DNA from: a virus
Taxonomy: Duplodnaviria > Heunggongvirae > Uroviricota > Caudoviricetes
DNA: 37,887 bases
Strand: one strand, 5' to 3'
IMG/VR virus record: IMGVR_UViG_2875703104_000002
Position numbers and translations under genes: made by a program
Shown here: positions 37,363 through 37,887 of the stretch, piece after piece
Layout: every line of letters begins with the position of its first letter
Numbering within the stretch: position 1 is the stretch's first letter
The notes under the pieces: model-generated
The model's input: the letters and a program-made list of their open reading frames with translations, nothing else
Told to the model about the DNA's origin: nothing
Databases searched by the model: none

Positions 37363-37887
37363 ATGATGTCTTTTGAAATCAAAGAATGGTTTAATGCGAA
37401 AGAGCTGGAAGGGATGCCTGGTGTACCAAAGTTGGCGACTAACATTACCAGGAAAGCTGTGGCGGAAGATTGGGTAAAACGTCAGCGTCACGGTGGGAAA
37501 GGTGTCGCTTATGAGTATCACATCAACAGTCTGCCAGAAGAAACACGCAGGGCCATTAAAGGAGCCTCACTTTCTGATAAACCAGTGCATACATCAATCG
37601 TCCATACAGTTGATGAGAGGCTAATTTATGCAATGAGTTTCTTAACACCAGATGAGCAGGCCGCAGCAGTGGAGATCATTCGTGTAGCAGGGATTAAAGG
37701 ACTTATGCCTACAATTGTCAGTAAAGATAAGGCATTAGAGGCATTAGGGATTACTGTGGAGCAACAGAAAACCCTGCAAACTCTTCAGGCATTACCACCG
37801 GAAAAAGTGAGAGAGATTTTGTCTCAGTATGAAGGCAAAGAACATAATTTCCCTGTAAGAGAAAACGATGTAAAGAAAGCTGTATAA
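37363..37887 (+). CDS. c: Lysogenic repressor c (D108 type)
   Basis: 174 aa, divergent from ner. Its N-terminal DNA-binding domain is paralogous to the A N-terminus. The C-terminal ...VKKAV resembles the recalled Mu/D108 repressor tail. Confidence 0.9.
   Translation: MMSFEIKEWFNAKELEGMPGVPKLATNITRKAVAEDWVKRQRHGGKGVAYEYHINSLPEETRRAIKGASLSDKPVHTSIVHTVDERLIYAMSFLTPDEQAAAVEIIRVAGIKGLMPTIVSKDKALEALGITVEQQKTLQTLQALPPEKVREILSQYEGKEHNFPVRENDVKKAV

Larger units (their letters stand above)
1857..37887 (-). mobile_element. Mu/D108-family transposable prophage, reverse orientation, left end outside window
   Basis: The Mu right-end terminal sequence starts at 1857. Every ORF product from mom to c matches recalled Mu proteins in the Mu order. 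The window ends at the c stop codon, so attL and the second target duplication are not visible. Confidence 0.95.

Noticed and set aside
1-37887. Scan for CRISPR arrays, tRNA/rRNA genes, IS elements or integrase-type att sites
   Set aside because: I saw no regularly spaced short repeats, no cloverleaf-like or rRNA-like segments, and no additional transposase or integrase ORFs. The only mobile element is the Mu-type prophage itself, which uses DDE transposition.

Overview
The window holds two E. coli chromosomal genes, yidF (1-498, +) and emrD (506-1690, -), followed by an almost complete Mu/D108-family transposable prophage read in reverse. The Mu-type right end, TGAAGCGGCGCACGAAAAACGCG..., starts at 1857. 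The window ends exactly on the stop codon of the repressor gene c, so the left end (attL) lies beyond the window. All identifications come from my own reading of the ORF translations and recalled Mu/D108 biology; no database search was possible.

Gene order is colinear with Mu on the minus strand: ner-A-B-kil, a semi-essential early region with gam, gemA-mor, C, a lysis cassette (SAR endolysin and spanins), terminase, portal, head genes F-G-I-T, tail genes L-M-Y, tape measure, baseplate N-P-Q-V-W-R, fibre S-U, and com-mom.

The immunity module is D108-type rather than Mu-type: a 174-aa repressor, a 73-aa Ner, a perfect 11-8-11 Ner operator, and a divergent A N-terminus.

Features that depart from the canonical Mu plan:
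1. An AT-rich cassette of about 550 bp sits between the small and large terminase genes. It carries an opposite-strand 162-aa orphan ORF with its own promoter-like, SD and terminator signals, and is the best candidate for an undescribed accessory function.
2. There is no gin invertase and no invertible G segment. Only about 42 codons of the U' gene remain, fused to the mom Dam/OxyR control region.
3. The fibre gene is an enlarged mosaic (conceptually 854 codons, with three knob-like repeats). It is broken by a perfect 80-bp tandem duplication.
4. The tape-measure gene contains an in-frame 186-bp tandem repeat.
5. A +1/-2 recoding extension follows the tail-chaperone gene.

I saw no tRNA, rRNA or CRISPR array.
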